From a virus, in IMG/VR virus record IMGVR_UViG_3300010231_000015: a DNA stretch of 44,528 nucleotides; one strand, given 5' to 3'. A program made the position numbers and the translations under genes. Shown in pieces: positions 8,155-16,704 of this stretch. The first letter of the stretch is position 1, and each line of letters begins with the position of its first letter. A model generated the notes under the pieces. It made no database searches and was not told the origin of the DNA. It worked only from the letters and a program-made list of their open reading frames with translations.

Positions 8155-9120
8155 TCAGAGCCGTCCGATCCAGCGACCGTCCTCATTGAGTTGCATCGGG
8201 ATTTGCATGGGCCGACCATTGAGAATGATCGTGCAGCCGACGATGGGCTTGTTCTTCGATTGCTTGCCATAGGCGAATGCGTAGCTCTTGTTGTCGATCA
8301 GGCATCCACCATAGGCACCCCAATAGAGGTAATCAGTGCTCGCGCAGTACTCGGTACTGAAATTGCCATGCGAGTGGCCGACCATGAGATTGCACCGGTT
8401 GTGAGCAGCATCTGCAAGGATGCCACTTGACTGGTGCTTAAACTTAACGTCGCCAAGAGGGGTATGTACGATCCACTCGAAGGCCCACGACCATCCCTTC
8501 GCACCGTGTCCGGGGAAGATGACATCGCGGTATCGCCGGATGAACTGGACGGGCAGGCCGTGCGCTTTTGCGCGTCGGTAAGCCATTGAGCCGTGATTCG
8601 AGGAACACACAAGCATGTTGGGGAACACTCGGTGCAACTGCTCCATGACAACCTTCCCGCGTTCGAGTTCGGGTCCTGCGCTGTCGAGGTTGGGGTCACT
8701 GTCGTGGAACGACATTGCGTGCATGTCAAGCTCGTCTCCCGCGTTGACGACAAGATCAATCGGGAAGGCTTTCTTCACTGCCTTCAGGAACGGGATCATG
8801 TCGGGATGGTTGTACGGCGCGTGCTGATCCGGGATGTGCAGGATGCAGCAGTACGTCTTGTTGAAGTCGGGCAAGATGCCGATGTCGTCGTCGGGGTCCG
8901 GTACACGCAGCTTGCGGTCGCTCTTGAGTTGACGATCCGTCGCTGCCATGTTGCCCTCGTTGTCGAGGAAGATGCGACGCCAGTAGCTGACGTTCTGCCG
9001 AGTGATCGGCACGCCTGCCTTGCGGCTGTAGACCTTGGCGGCGTCGCCGTTGTCGGGGTTCTTGACAAGGATTACTTCGTGTTGTTCTTTCGTGAACATA
9101 CGCATCAACTGTCCGCGCAT
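8155..9120 (-). CDS. HTH-like N-terminal segment fused to a calcineurin-like metallophosphoesterase
   Basis: 321 aa. The AGGAGGA RBS overlaps the stop codon of the upstream gene. Metallophosphatase motifs IPDQH, NAGDELD, SSNHG and VGHSHG are present. The N-terminal FTKEQHEVIL...GVPITRQNVSYWRR looks like an HTH. Confidence 0.7.
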   Translation of the reverse strand: MRGQLMRMFTKEQHEVILVKNPDNGDAAKVYSRKAGVPITRQNVSYWRRIFLDNEGNMAATDRQLKSDRKLRVPDPDDDIGILPDFNKTYCCILHIPDQHAPYNHPDMIPFLKAVKKAFPIDLVVNAGDELDMHAMSFHDSDPNLDSAGPELERGKVVMEQLHRVFPNMLVCSSNHGSMAYRRAKAHGLPVQFIRRYRDVIFPGHGAKGWSWAFEWIVHTPLGDVKFKHQSSGILADAAHNRCNLMVGHSHGNFSTEYCASTDYLYWGAYGGCLIDNKSYAFAYGKQSKNKPIVGCTIILNGRPMQIPMQLNEDGRWIGRL

Positions 9121-9128
9121 TGGTCCTC

Positions 9129-9671
9129 CTAGTAGAATTCGGGAAACTTGTGTTGGATGTACAGCTTGCGCTCGTCGCAGCCGTCACGATGCGTCGGCTT
9201 AATGCCGTACTGGATGCTCGGGAACTCGGGATGCACACGCACCAGCAGACGGCCTTGGTGTTCTTCGAACCATGCGTAGTTCAGCGAGCAGTCGAAGTCC
9301 TCCACCACGTTGTGCGGGTCGCCCTTGAACGTGAGTGTCTTGGCCGGTGTGTACACGAGGAACTGAACCTTCAGGTCGCGGTGATCCACGTCCACACCCA
9401 GCGCCGATTCAAAGACGTAGGCGAGGTTGCGGTCCTCGTTGACGTACTCCACATCGTCGCCAAGCTCCCGGCATTCGAAGTTCGTTGAGAGTTCTACCAC
9501 CCTGCGGAACGTCTCGGGCTCGTGGACTGTGTTCAGCACTACGAAGTCGTAGTCGTTCGGAGTGCGACCAAGGTAGTAGTCGCGGGCAGCGCCACCGCAA
9601 CAGACCACGTAGATACCGTAGTCGCGTAGGCGCTGAATCATGTTGTACACTGCTTCGAGTTCACGGTTCAC
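9129..9671 (-). CDS. Minimal class-II (CCA-adding/poly(A) polymerase-type) nucleotidyltransferase, head domain only
   Basis: 180 aa with a GTG start at 9671 (GAGGGG RBS). CCGGAARDYYLGRTPNDYDFVV matches GGxxRDxxLG-x4-DxD. EDFDCSLNYAW resembles the RRDFTxNA motif. There are no neck, body or tail domains. Confidence 0.65.
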   Translation of the reverse strand: MNRELEAVYNMIQRLRDYGIYVVCCGGAARDYYLGRTPNDYDFVVLNTVHEPETFRRVVELSTNFECRELGDDVEYVNEDRNLAYVFESALGVDVDHRDLKVQFLVYTPAKTLTFKGDPHNVVEDFDCSLNYAWFEEHQGRLLVRVHPEFPSIQYGIKPTHRDGCDERKLYIQHKFPEFY

Positions 9672-10119
9672 GTTGGCCCCTCATAGCTCGTTGCGCTTTC
9701 TGCTGTGCGCGTCGTTGTTTGGCGGCGAGGTTCCGGTCATTGCGTTTCTTCGCAGCGGTTTCCTCGGCGGACTTGTGCGTCGGGTAGATCATTGCGCAGC
9801 CCGGTCGCTCGTAGTAAGCCAGCAGCTTCTTGAGCCAGTCGATAATGTCGGGGTACGCATGCGACTTAGCTCCCCAGCTACCAGCCGCATTAGCGACCTT
9901 CCCTTCTCCTGAGTTGCAGGAGCGATGGAGGACGCCGCGTATCTCGCCGGTGTCGTGGTTGTGATCGACAACCCCTTCTTTCGGGATGCTAAGGTCAACG
10001 GGTTTGAGGCAGATTGCACACAGACCTCCTTGCACGATTTTGAGTTGCTTAATCTTCCACGCGGGCATCATGGCGCGGCTGAGCTTTCGCATACGCGGCT
10101 GCTCGTCTTGCTCGCTCAT
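9661..10119 (-). CDS. Recombination endonuclease VII (T4 gp49-like)
   Basis: 152 aa. AGGAGG RBS. Carries CAICLKPVD...VVDHNHDTGEIRGVLHRSCNSGEGK, the endonuclease VII DHxH..G.hRGhLC..CN signature. Confidence 0.85.
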   Translation of the reverse strand: MSEQDEQPRMRKLSRAMMPAWKIKQLKIVQGGLCAICLKPVDLSIPKEGVVDHNHDTGEIRGVLHRSCNSGEGKVANAAGSWGAKSHAYPDIIDWLKKLLAYYERPGCAMIYPTHKSAEETAAKKRNDRNLAAKQRRAQQKAQRAMRGQREP

Positions 10120-10185
10120 CGAGCCTCCTTCTAATCGTTAGGGACTCGATAGCCAGCGCAAGCCGGTTCCTATCGAGCCACTCGT

Positions 10186-11082
10186 TCACTTGAACCACGG
10201 TCGGCGCACGCACTCCGCGAGGTACTTCGCATTCGCGGCGGACCACGGTAGTTCGTTGAGGTAGAGCCATACGTTGTCCTTCGGATGACGAAGCAACCAC
10301 AGCATCCACGCCTCGGGCAACGGGTTCTGGTCAATCTCCCGGTATGCGTCGATTACCGTGTTAGCCAACGCTTCGATGTCGGTGATGGGGTCGAGCAGCT
10401 TGTGGGCGTCAACCGGGCCGATGTTCTTGCCTTTGTACTTCAGCAGGCCCTTCACGTTGTCGGCGGTATCGCCCATGACCATCTGCGCCCAAAAGAACTT
10501 GAGCGAGCGACCCAGCAGCTTCTTCTGCCCGCTCGGCGTCTCGTCAATCCATAGCTCACCGAACGGATCGGACGGCATCACCACACCACGCTTGATGTCG
10601 TAGTACGGATAGGGCGTCATGCGTAAGTCCTTGTCATCGGACCGCACCACGCCCTTCTCGCCAAGGTGATACGCCAGCATAATCATGGCGTCGTCCGCTT
10701 CCACGACCGTCTCCATGTGGACATCGAACTCATCCATCGCGCCGTCCTCGTATGCTGCCTCGCGCACCTGAGATAGAAGCGGAGGCTTTGCACCGCTATC
10801 CCGCTGCCCCTGATACGGCTTTACGCCGATGACGTTGAAGCGACCGGCCTTCGTACATTCCTCGTGCGTCAGGAACACTTCACCGTCGCTACAGTCAGCG
10901 AGGAAGATTTGCTCAAGGATCGAGGATTGGAAACGACGAAGGCCGGTGGCGACCGTCTTGACCGTGGCAGCAGCCACGTAGGCAGGACCGTCACCGTCGA
11001 TGATGAGGGTCTTGCCTGATTGGGAGGGAACAGCGAAGTCGTCGGCGGGCAGTGCATCTGTGTCCACGCCGTTGATAATCAT
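10186..11082 (-). CDS. 5'-3' exonuclease (T7 gp6 / FEN family)
   Basis: 298 aa with an ATGA overlap to the upstream gene. Carries LIIDGDGPAY, SDDKDLRM and GDTADNVKGL, which are PIN/H3TH-type motifs. Confidence 0.8.
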   Translation of the reverse strand: MIINGVDTDALPADDFAVPSQSGKTLIIDGDGPAYVAAATVKTVATGLRRFQSSILEQIFLADCSDGEVFLTHEECTKAGRFNVIGVKPYQGQRDSGAKPPLLSQVREAAYEDGAMDEFDVHMETVVEADDAMIMLAYHLGEKGVVRSDDKDLRMTPYPYYDIKRGVVMPSDPFGELWIDETPSGQKKLLGRSLKFFWAQMVMGDTADNVKGLLKYKGKNIGPVDAHKLLDPITDIEALANTVIDAYREIDQNPLPEAWMLWLLRHPKDNVWLYLNELPWSAANAKYLAECVRRPWFK

Positions 11083-11402
11083 AGCTTGGCAACGGCCTCG
11101 GTGAAGATTTCGAAGCCCATACGGGACGCAATCTCGAATTCGAGCATCGCTCCGCGTGAACGCTCCCAGCCTTTCAGCAGGTATATAGCGTCACAGTAGA
11201 TAAGCTCCTTGATGTCGTTGCGCATGAACTCGCGCCAGCGATCATCACCCGGCACCACGTCACCGTTGCCGGGATCGGGGTTGATGTTGGCCGGATTGAC
11301 CGGCTCGTGTCCCTCGGCTCGCAGCCGAATCTCCGCAGCCTTGAACGCTGGGTAGTTGTGCTCGGCGTAGCCCGACATCGGGCCAGCAATATAGACCTTC
11401 AT
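11079..11402 (-). CDS. DUF4406 / nucleoside 2-deoxyribosyltransferase-like protein
   Basis: Start moved to ATG 11402 (AGGAGG RBS 4 nt upstream). 107 aa. MKVYIAGPMSGYAEHNYPAF...VNP is typical of the DUF4406/NDT-like fold. Confidence 0.55.
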   Translation of the reverse strand: MKVYIAGPMSGYAEHNYPAFKAAEIRLRAEGHEPVNPANINPDPGNGDVVPGDDRWREFMRNDIKELIYCDAIYLLKGWERSRGAMLEFEIASRMGFEIFTEAVAKL

Positions 11403-11412
11403 CGGGCCTCCT

Positions 11413-11529
11413 TTAGAATGGGATGTCGTCCGCGCAGTCGTCGCAGACCCATACAGCGCGATTCGCCGTGGTGAACACACCCTTACGGCTGTCCTTCACA
11501 CCACGGCAACTCGTACACGTATGGGTCAC
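11413..11529 (-). CDS. 38-aa Cys4 zinc-ribbon micro-protein (not in the ORF track)
   Basis: The GTG start overlaps the upstream TGA (GTGA). Sequence MTHTCTSCRGVKDSRKGVFTTANRAVWVCDDCADDIPF (CxxC-x18-CxxC). Its TAA abuts the next gene's RBS. There is no clear SD sequence of its own. Confidence 0.4.
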   Translation of the reverse strand: MTHTCTSCRGVKDSRKGVFTTANRAVWVCDDCADDIPF

Positions 11530-12557
11530 TGAGCCAAAGGGACGCTAGGCACCACAGGAGCTACGGCAGGGGCCGCAACCGCAGCGACCGGAACAGCGGG
11601 AGCAGCGACCGGAGCGACCGGCGTAACCGCCACAGGGGCAGACGGTACTGCCGGGGCGGGAGCCACTGCGGGCGGTGTAGCGGGGACCGAAGCGGCTGCA
11701 ACGTTTGGGGCGACTGCCGGAGCAGCAGCGGCCACAGGAGCCGTCGCCGGGACGACCGGGGCCACAGGTGCCACCGCACCTACGGGAGCCGCTCCTGCGG
11801 GCTGTGCGCCAGCCGGGGCCACGCCCTGCTTCTGCGGCGTGCCTGCCGGGATCGGGCGGCTGTTCTGGATCAGCAGACCTTCGAGCGCCGAGCCACGGAA
11901 GTCGGTAGCGCCCGCGATCTTCTCCTGCACCCAGTTCTTCGACTTGCCTTGGTCGTTGGTGCCCTCGATGAACAGCGCGTCCCAGCCTTCGAGTGTCGGC
12001 ATTGCCCACGAGAACAGGAACAAGTCCTCGGTGCGCACAGCGGGGCATACGTACTCGGTCTTGTTGATGAGGTCGATGCCCGGACGCACGTCAGCGACGA
12101 TGCTCTTGGGCTCGGTGCCCGGTGCCGCCGTCTTGGAAACGTAGTCCTTGATTTCCACGAGGAACACATGGCCGTCACCGATCAGACCGGCGAAGTTCTT
12201 CGCAAGGCCCTTGTAGTTCATGGCCTTGAACCACTTGAAAGCCTTGGCCTTCTCGTTGCGGCTCTTGGTCATGTCGAACGTGTTGATGATGTACGGCGTG
12301 CCATCCTCGTTGACGTAACCCGGCGAGTACAGTGCGAAGCCGAGTTCGAATTGCAGGGCCGGGTCTTTGGCCTTGCCTTGGTGTACCGTGATGTGCTTGC
12401 CCTTCTCGATGTACTGCACGAGGCGAGCAACGGACCAACCTTCCGGCAAACGGCGACCGTAGTTACCACCGCCCGCTTGGGCTTCGTTCATGTCGTCGTC
12501 GCACTCGTTGAGTGCTGCGGCCATTGCTGCGATTTGTTCTTGGGTCATCGTGCTCAT
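11526..12557 (-). CDS. Hypothetical replication-module protein with a roughly 110-aa Ala/Pro/Val-rich C-terminal tail
   Basis: 343 aa. AAGGAG RBS. Preceded by motif-1 copy B. The globular N-terminal two-thirds are followed by ...APVAPVVPATAPVAAAAPAVAP... through to the C-terminus. Confidence 0.75.
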   Translation of the reverse strand: MSTMTQEQIAAMAAALNECDDDMNEAQAGGGNYGRRLPEGWSVARLVQYIEKGKHITVHQGKAKDPALQFELGFALYSPGYVNEDGTPYIINTFDMTKSRNEKAKAFKWFKAMNYKGLAKNFAGLIGDGHVFLVEIKDYVSKTAAPGTEPKSIVADVRPGIDLINKTEYVCPAVRTEDLFLFSWAMPTLEGWDALFIEGTNDQGKSKNWVQEKIAGATDFRGSALEGLLIQNSRPIPAGTPQKQGVAPAGAQPAGAAPVGAVAPVAPVVPATAPVAAAAPAVAPNVAAASVPATPPAVAPAPAVPSAPVAVTPVAPVAAPAVPVAAVAAPAVAPVVPSVPLAQ

Positions 12558-12582
12558 GCGTTCTCCTTGGAGTTAGTCGGAT

Positions 12583-12595
12583 TGAATTGCGAGTA
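12583..12595 (-). promoter_or_regulatory. Motif-1 copy B (minus strand TACTCGCAATTCA)
   Basis: Lies 25 nt upstream of ATG 12557 and just after a small AGGCC-gctg-GGCCT hairpin that follows the upstream stop codon. Confidence 0.45.
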
Positions 12596-12608
12596 GGCCC
12601 AGCGGCCT

Positions 12609-13310
12609 TTAAAGCAGGTTCGGGTAAAGCTCGTTCAGATGCTCGATGACCTTCTCGACCTCAGAGAAAGTCGCCTGTGTCGCTGCCTGATACGACCGGG
12701 GTTGCCGTGTCGGAACAGCGGGTTGACCGGGAATCACGACGCGGTTATCCACCAGCATCCCCGTTGCCTCGGCAGACAACAGGATCGTGCAGCACGCCTT
12801 GATCGCGCCAAGGTGATGCACGAGTTCCTTCGGGTCCACACGCTCACCGCTGGCGTACTGCAAGCAGTGCCGCATGATCGCGCCGATATACGTCATCAAC
12901 TCGACCGGCGTCTGCAAGTAGTTGTTCTCGCCGTACTTCCGCTTACCGGCGTGCAGCGCTGCCGACTCGTGAAGCTGGGCGATCATGTGGATCAGATGCA
13001 GCGGCGGCTTCTTGTCGCCGTACCGCTGCTTCGGGTTAGTCGGCGCGGTCGAGTTCGGGTGTGGTGGGCCGGGGTACAGCCTGTCCTTCAGCACGTCCCC
13101 GAGATTTGGCGCACAAGGTATGGCATCCTTAACGACCGTCGGAAACGGCTCGAAGCGGCTGACGTGCAGTTCTTCCGTGATCCCGTCGAGCAGCACGTAG
13201 TTAGGCCCGCGCGCCTCCCGAACTCGGTACACCTTGCCCTTCATCAACTTCTCGGGGCAATTACCAGCCCACGTACACACGACATAATCACCACGTTTAA
13301 ACAGATTCAA
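12609..13310 (-). CDS. SH3-like N-terminal domain plus a dATP/dGTP pyrophosphohydrolase-like (DUF5664-type) domain
   Basis: 233 aa. TTG start at 13310 with a GGGAGG RBS and a TTGA overlap with the DNAP stop. KPPLHLIHMIAQLHESAALHAGKRKYGENNY...IMRHCLQYASGERVDPKELVHHLGA fits the ..GxxKY..xNW...RH...GE..D.. pattern. Confidence 0.5.
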   Translation of the reverse strand: MNLFKRGDYVVCTWAGNCPEKLMKGKVYRVREARGPNYVLLDGITEELHVSRFEPFPTVVKDAIPCAPNLGDVLKDRLYPGPPHPNSTAPTNPKQRYGDKKPPLHLIHMIAQLHESAALHAGKRKYGENNYLQTPVELMTYIGAIMRHCLQYASGERVDPKELVHHLGAIKACCTILLSAEATGMLVDNRVVIPGQPAVPTRQPRSYQAATQATFSEVEKVIEHLNELYPNLL

Positions 13311-15853
13311 GCAGCCCTCCCGTATAGCTTCTCGACAGTCGCCGGATCATTCAGCACGCCTTCGTGCCAGTGCAACTTGTCTTTCATGTTGAGGCCGAAC
13401 TCCGCAGCAGCGGGGAACGGGACGTTGAGGTTGTAGCCGTACTTCTCGCTGAAGTAGCGCGGCAAGTCCTCCATGATCGCCTTGATACCGGCAAGCACGA
13501 TGTCCAGTACCGAGTGGTGACAATCGACGTAGATAGCATCGTGAACCGTATTAATCACGAACACGCGCCCGCCGAAGAAGTCGTTAGCGATGAGCCAACG
13601 AATCACACGGCCACTGATACCCTGCACGAAGAAGCCTGACTCGCCCTGAATCGGGTAGTTGCGCATCTGCGTCGGCTTGAACTCCATGACTTGCACGCGC
13701 TTGCGTTGCCCGCCTTCGAACACAGTGCGAACCTTCTCGTACTCGCGGAACTCGTAGCACGTACCGCCCACGGCCTTATAATGGCCACGGCCATACACGC
13801 GCCACTCACCACTGTCCGTCTGCTCCCGGAACAACTGACGTGTCGCCGCAACCATCGGGAACACTTCCTGATCGAAGTACGCTTCGACTCCGGGGAACAG
13901 TGCCTTCTCGCGGTCAATAAACGCCTGAGCTTCTTCGACCGGCATACCCGTAGAGAACGAGATACCCATAGCCGTAGCGCCGTACTGGTACGCAAACGCA
14001 GGCGGCTTGATGTCCGTCCGCATCGCATCGTACTTCGCATGCTCAGGGTGATCTTGGTTCTTGCACTTCTCCAAGACAGATTCATACGGCTCCCCGAGCT
14101 TCGCACTCAAGCGCAGGCAGTGCATGTCGATCTTGTCGAGCAGCGCCTTGATGAGTTGCTTGTCCTGAGAGAACGCCGCAAGCGTCACGACTTCTAGCGC
14201 GCTGTAGTCCAGTTCGCAAATAAAGCCGTTCTTGATGCCCCGCTTGATTTCGTCCATGCACAGGTCGAAGAACTCCTGCCCTATGAGGCCGACGCCCAGC
14301 GCGTAGATGAGCCACTTTGGAGACGAGAACCGCGACACGAACATGGCCTTCACGTCGCTCGTGTTACCACGCGGCAGGTTCTGGAAGTTCGGGCGGTTAG
14401 ACGACAGCCGCGTTGTCGCGGTCGCCGTTGTGTTCAACGTGTGATGCACGATGTTCAGGTCGTCCATGTACTGCAACATACCCGACACCTTCACCACGTT
14501 GCCCTCGTCGTCGTACTCCTTGCGCAAGTAGTACGTACCCATGTCCTTGTCCACCTTGTTGAAGGTATCCAAGTCCGTCAGCACCTTGCGGACGTTCTCC
14601 GGGAACTCCTTGCGCTTCGTCAGGAACTCTAACGAATCCTTGCCGGTGGCGATGACGGGCGACTCGTCGGCCAGCTTACGCTTGCCGGTGAACTCCTTCA
14701 GGAACTCCTCGCGGATCGTCTCGCTCAGCAGCGAGAGGTCGCACAGCGGCGGCGCATGATACAGGGTGTCCTCCCATATCAGTTTCTGCGTCGTCGTGTC
14801 CTCCCGAGTGACCTTGATGAGCCCCTTGTTCTTGCCGCTCTTGTAGCGTTCGAACGTGAAGCCGTGGTCGAACCCGGCAGTCTCCGGGTCTTTCCACTCG
14901 ATGCGCTCTTGCGGTGTGCCGCTGTCCATCAGCACAGGCATGTGCCCCTGCTCGTTGAGGAACACGGTCATCGCAACCGGGCCGGTCATCTTAACGGCGT
15001 CGCCCTTCTCCCATACCGGCGTACCGTCATCGTTGAACTTGGGCACGCGGTGCCGGTACTTGATCGGTCCGCCGAACAGCCACGCGCTCATGTGGAAGTC
15101 GCTCGTCTCCTTGAATTCCAACGCGCCGGGATAGCCACCACGGTATGCACGGAACGACTCACGCAGCGAGGCGATCTTGGCCTCACCTTCCTCAAGCTGC
15201 CGGAACGCAACCTCGGTGTCGATGAGCAGGCCCGAGTCCATCGCGTAGCAATTGAACAGCAGGCCCTCCATGCGCTCAAGCGCCATGTCCCACATGCCAC
15301 GCTCGGTAAGCTGCTGATACTGGCCGTAGAAGATGGTCCGCGTGTTCGCCACGTCGCCATGCGTCGGGCTGATGAGGTACTCCAACAGAAGCGCCGGGTC
15401 AATCTCAGACGTGAGTTTGCCCTGCTCCCACAGCGCCTTAACGCCGTCCACCTTGTGCGTCCCGCCGTACAACGGCGCAATCTCGTTGAGCGCCGGGTAC
15501 GTGTCCCGCTGATTGCTGAGCAGGTAGTGGGCGTAGGCCGTACAGAAGATGCGCCCGCCACGCTTCAGGAACTTATGAAGCTCCTGCCGCTGCTGCACGA
15601 GAGACCAGTCCAGTTCGAACGCGGCGTTGTGCATGACGATGAGCCACGCATCATCCGGGATCGAGAGCCAAGGCCGACTCGCGGCCTGTTCTTTCGACTC
15701 GTTGCGTATGTACTCGATAGCGCCGTCATACGGCTGCGTGTCGATGGCCCAGCCGTTCAGCACCACGTAGTTATCAGGACAACGCGGAGAGGCGACAGCG
15801 CCGAACCACGGCTTGTTCTCCGTCTCCAAGTCCCAAAACATGATGCGGCTCAT
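13307..15853 (-). CDS. DNA polymerase, family A, with 3'-5' exonuclease domain
   Basis: Start moved to ATG 15853 (GGGAGGA RBS, ATGA overlap with the ligase stop). 848 aa. Exonuclease motifs FWDLETE and NAAFELDW. Polymerase motifs DYSALEV (A), RTDIKPPAFAYQYGAT (B) and NTVHDAIYVD (C). Confidence 0.92.
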   Translation of the reverse strand: MSRIMFWDLETENKPWFGAVASPRCPDNYVVLNGWAIDTQPYDGAIEYIRNESKEQAASRPWLSIPDDAWLIVMHNAAFELDWSLVQQRQELHKFLKRGGRIFCTAYAHYLLSNQRDTYPALNEIAPLYGGTHKVDGVKALWEQGKLTSEIDPALLLEYLISPTHGDVANTRTIFYGQYQQLTERGMWDMALERMEGLLFNCYAMDSGLLIDTEVAFRQLEEGEAKIASLRESFRAYRGGYPGALEFKETSDFHMSAWLFGGPIKYRHRVPKFNDDGTPVWEKGDAVKMTGPVAMTVFLNEQGHMPVLMDSGTPQERIEWKDPETAGFDHGFTFERYKSGKNKGLIKVTREDTTTQKLIWEDTLYHAPPLCDLSLLSETIREEFLKEFTGKRKLADESPVIATGKDSLEFLTKRKEFPENVRKVLTDLDTFNKVDKDMGTYYLRKEYDDEGNVVKVSGMLQYMDDLNIVHHTLNTTATATTRLSSNRPNFQNLPRGNTSDVKAMFVSRFSSPKWLIYALGVGLIGQEFFDLCMDEIKRGIKNGFICELDYSALEVVTLAAFSQDKQLIKALLDKIDMHCLRLSAKLGEPYESVLEKCKNQDHPEHAKYDAMRTDIKPPAFAYQYGATAMGISFSTGMPVEEAQAFIDREKALFPGVEAYFDQEVFPMVAATRQLFREQTDSGEWRVYGRGHYKAVGGTCYEFREYEKVRTVFEGGQRKRVQVMEFKPTQMRNYPIQGESGFFVQGISGRVIRWLIANDFFGGRVFVINTVHDAIYVDCHHSVLDIVLAGIKAIMEDLPRYFSEKYGYNLNVPFPAAAEFGLNMKDKLHWHEGVLNDPATVEKLYGRAA

Positions 15854-16704
15854 TTGTCCTCCCTGATGCGGTGGAAGCGCGGGTGCCGATAGCCGCCTTG
15901 GCGGTCGCGCTCCATATACGTGAACTCGATCCACTTGCCGACGATCAACGATGGGATAGCCCAAATGGCGCGGGCGAAGTCGTGATCGAAGCCGGGGACG
16001 CTGCATGTGCTGCCGTCCTCCATCACCACGTCGAGCGAACCGGCGCGGTTGTGCGGCGTGCCGTCCTCAGCAATCGCTTGGTTCACCTTAACAACCACGC
16101 CATCCGCGTCGTTCTCGGGCTTGTACTTCAGCCAGCCATACGTGCGCTTGCCGAGTTCGTAGACGTGTTCCCAATCCTTGACCATGATGCCCTCGTAGCC
16201 TTGCTCTCGGGCGTGCAGGAACGCAGCCTCAACGCCTGCCTCGTCGTAGACGTGGACGCGCTGTGGGCGTAGCATGGGGATGCCGCGTGCCCTCGCATCG
16301 GATGCGACCTCATCAAGCTGCCAGCATCGTGCGCGGAACGCCTCCTTCCATTCCGGCATGTCGAACAGAAGGAACTCAATGGTCGAGCGCTTCAGGTCAT
16401 CCGGCAGTCCCTTTGAGCTACGCACATAGCTGTACGTATCATCGAAGCTTCCGTTTATCAACACGCCACAGTCCAGACGGCTATAGCCGTTAGCACCCAT
16501 GAACTGCTCGAACACAGGTGCCCAGCCGTCGAGGTTGTGCAGCGGCTTCTCCGCGTAGCTCAGGAAGCGAACCTGCCCGGCGATCACACGCACGTCAAGC
16601 CGGATTTCGTCCAGCTTAATCTCAGCCACAGCCGGGTACTTCAGCTTGTGCTTACCCTTGGCGAACGTGTGACCCTTCATCAACTTGTGAGTAGGGCCGC
16701 TCAC
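15850..16704 (-). CDS. ATP-dependent DNA ligase (T7 gp1.3-like)
   Basis: 284 aa with a GTG start at 16704 (GTGA overlap). AEIKLDEIR is motif I, with E where G is usual. Also EGIMVK (motif IV), WLKYKP (motif V), and a C-terminal ..GGYRHPRFHRIR. Confidence 0.85.
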   Translation of the reverse strand: MSGPTHKLMKGHTFAKGKHKLKYPAVAEIKLDEIRLDVRVIAGQVRFLSYAEKPLHNLDGWAPVFEQFMGANGYSRLDCGVLINGSFDDTYSYVRSSKGLPDDLKRSTIEFLLFDMPEWKEAFRARCWQLDEVASDARARGIPMLRPQRVHVYDEAGVEAAFLHAREQGYEGIMVKDWEHVYELGKRTYGWLKYKPENDADGVVVKVNQAIAEDGTPHNRAGSLDVVMEDGSTCSVPGFDHDFARAIWAIPSLIVGKWIEFTYMERDRQGGYRHPRFHRIREDK

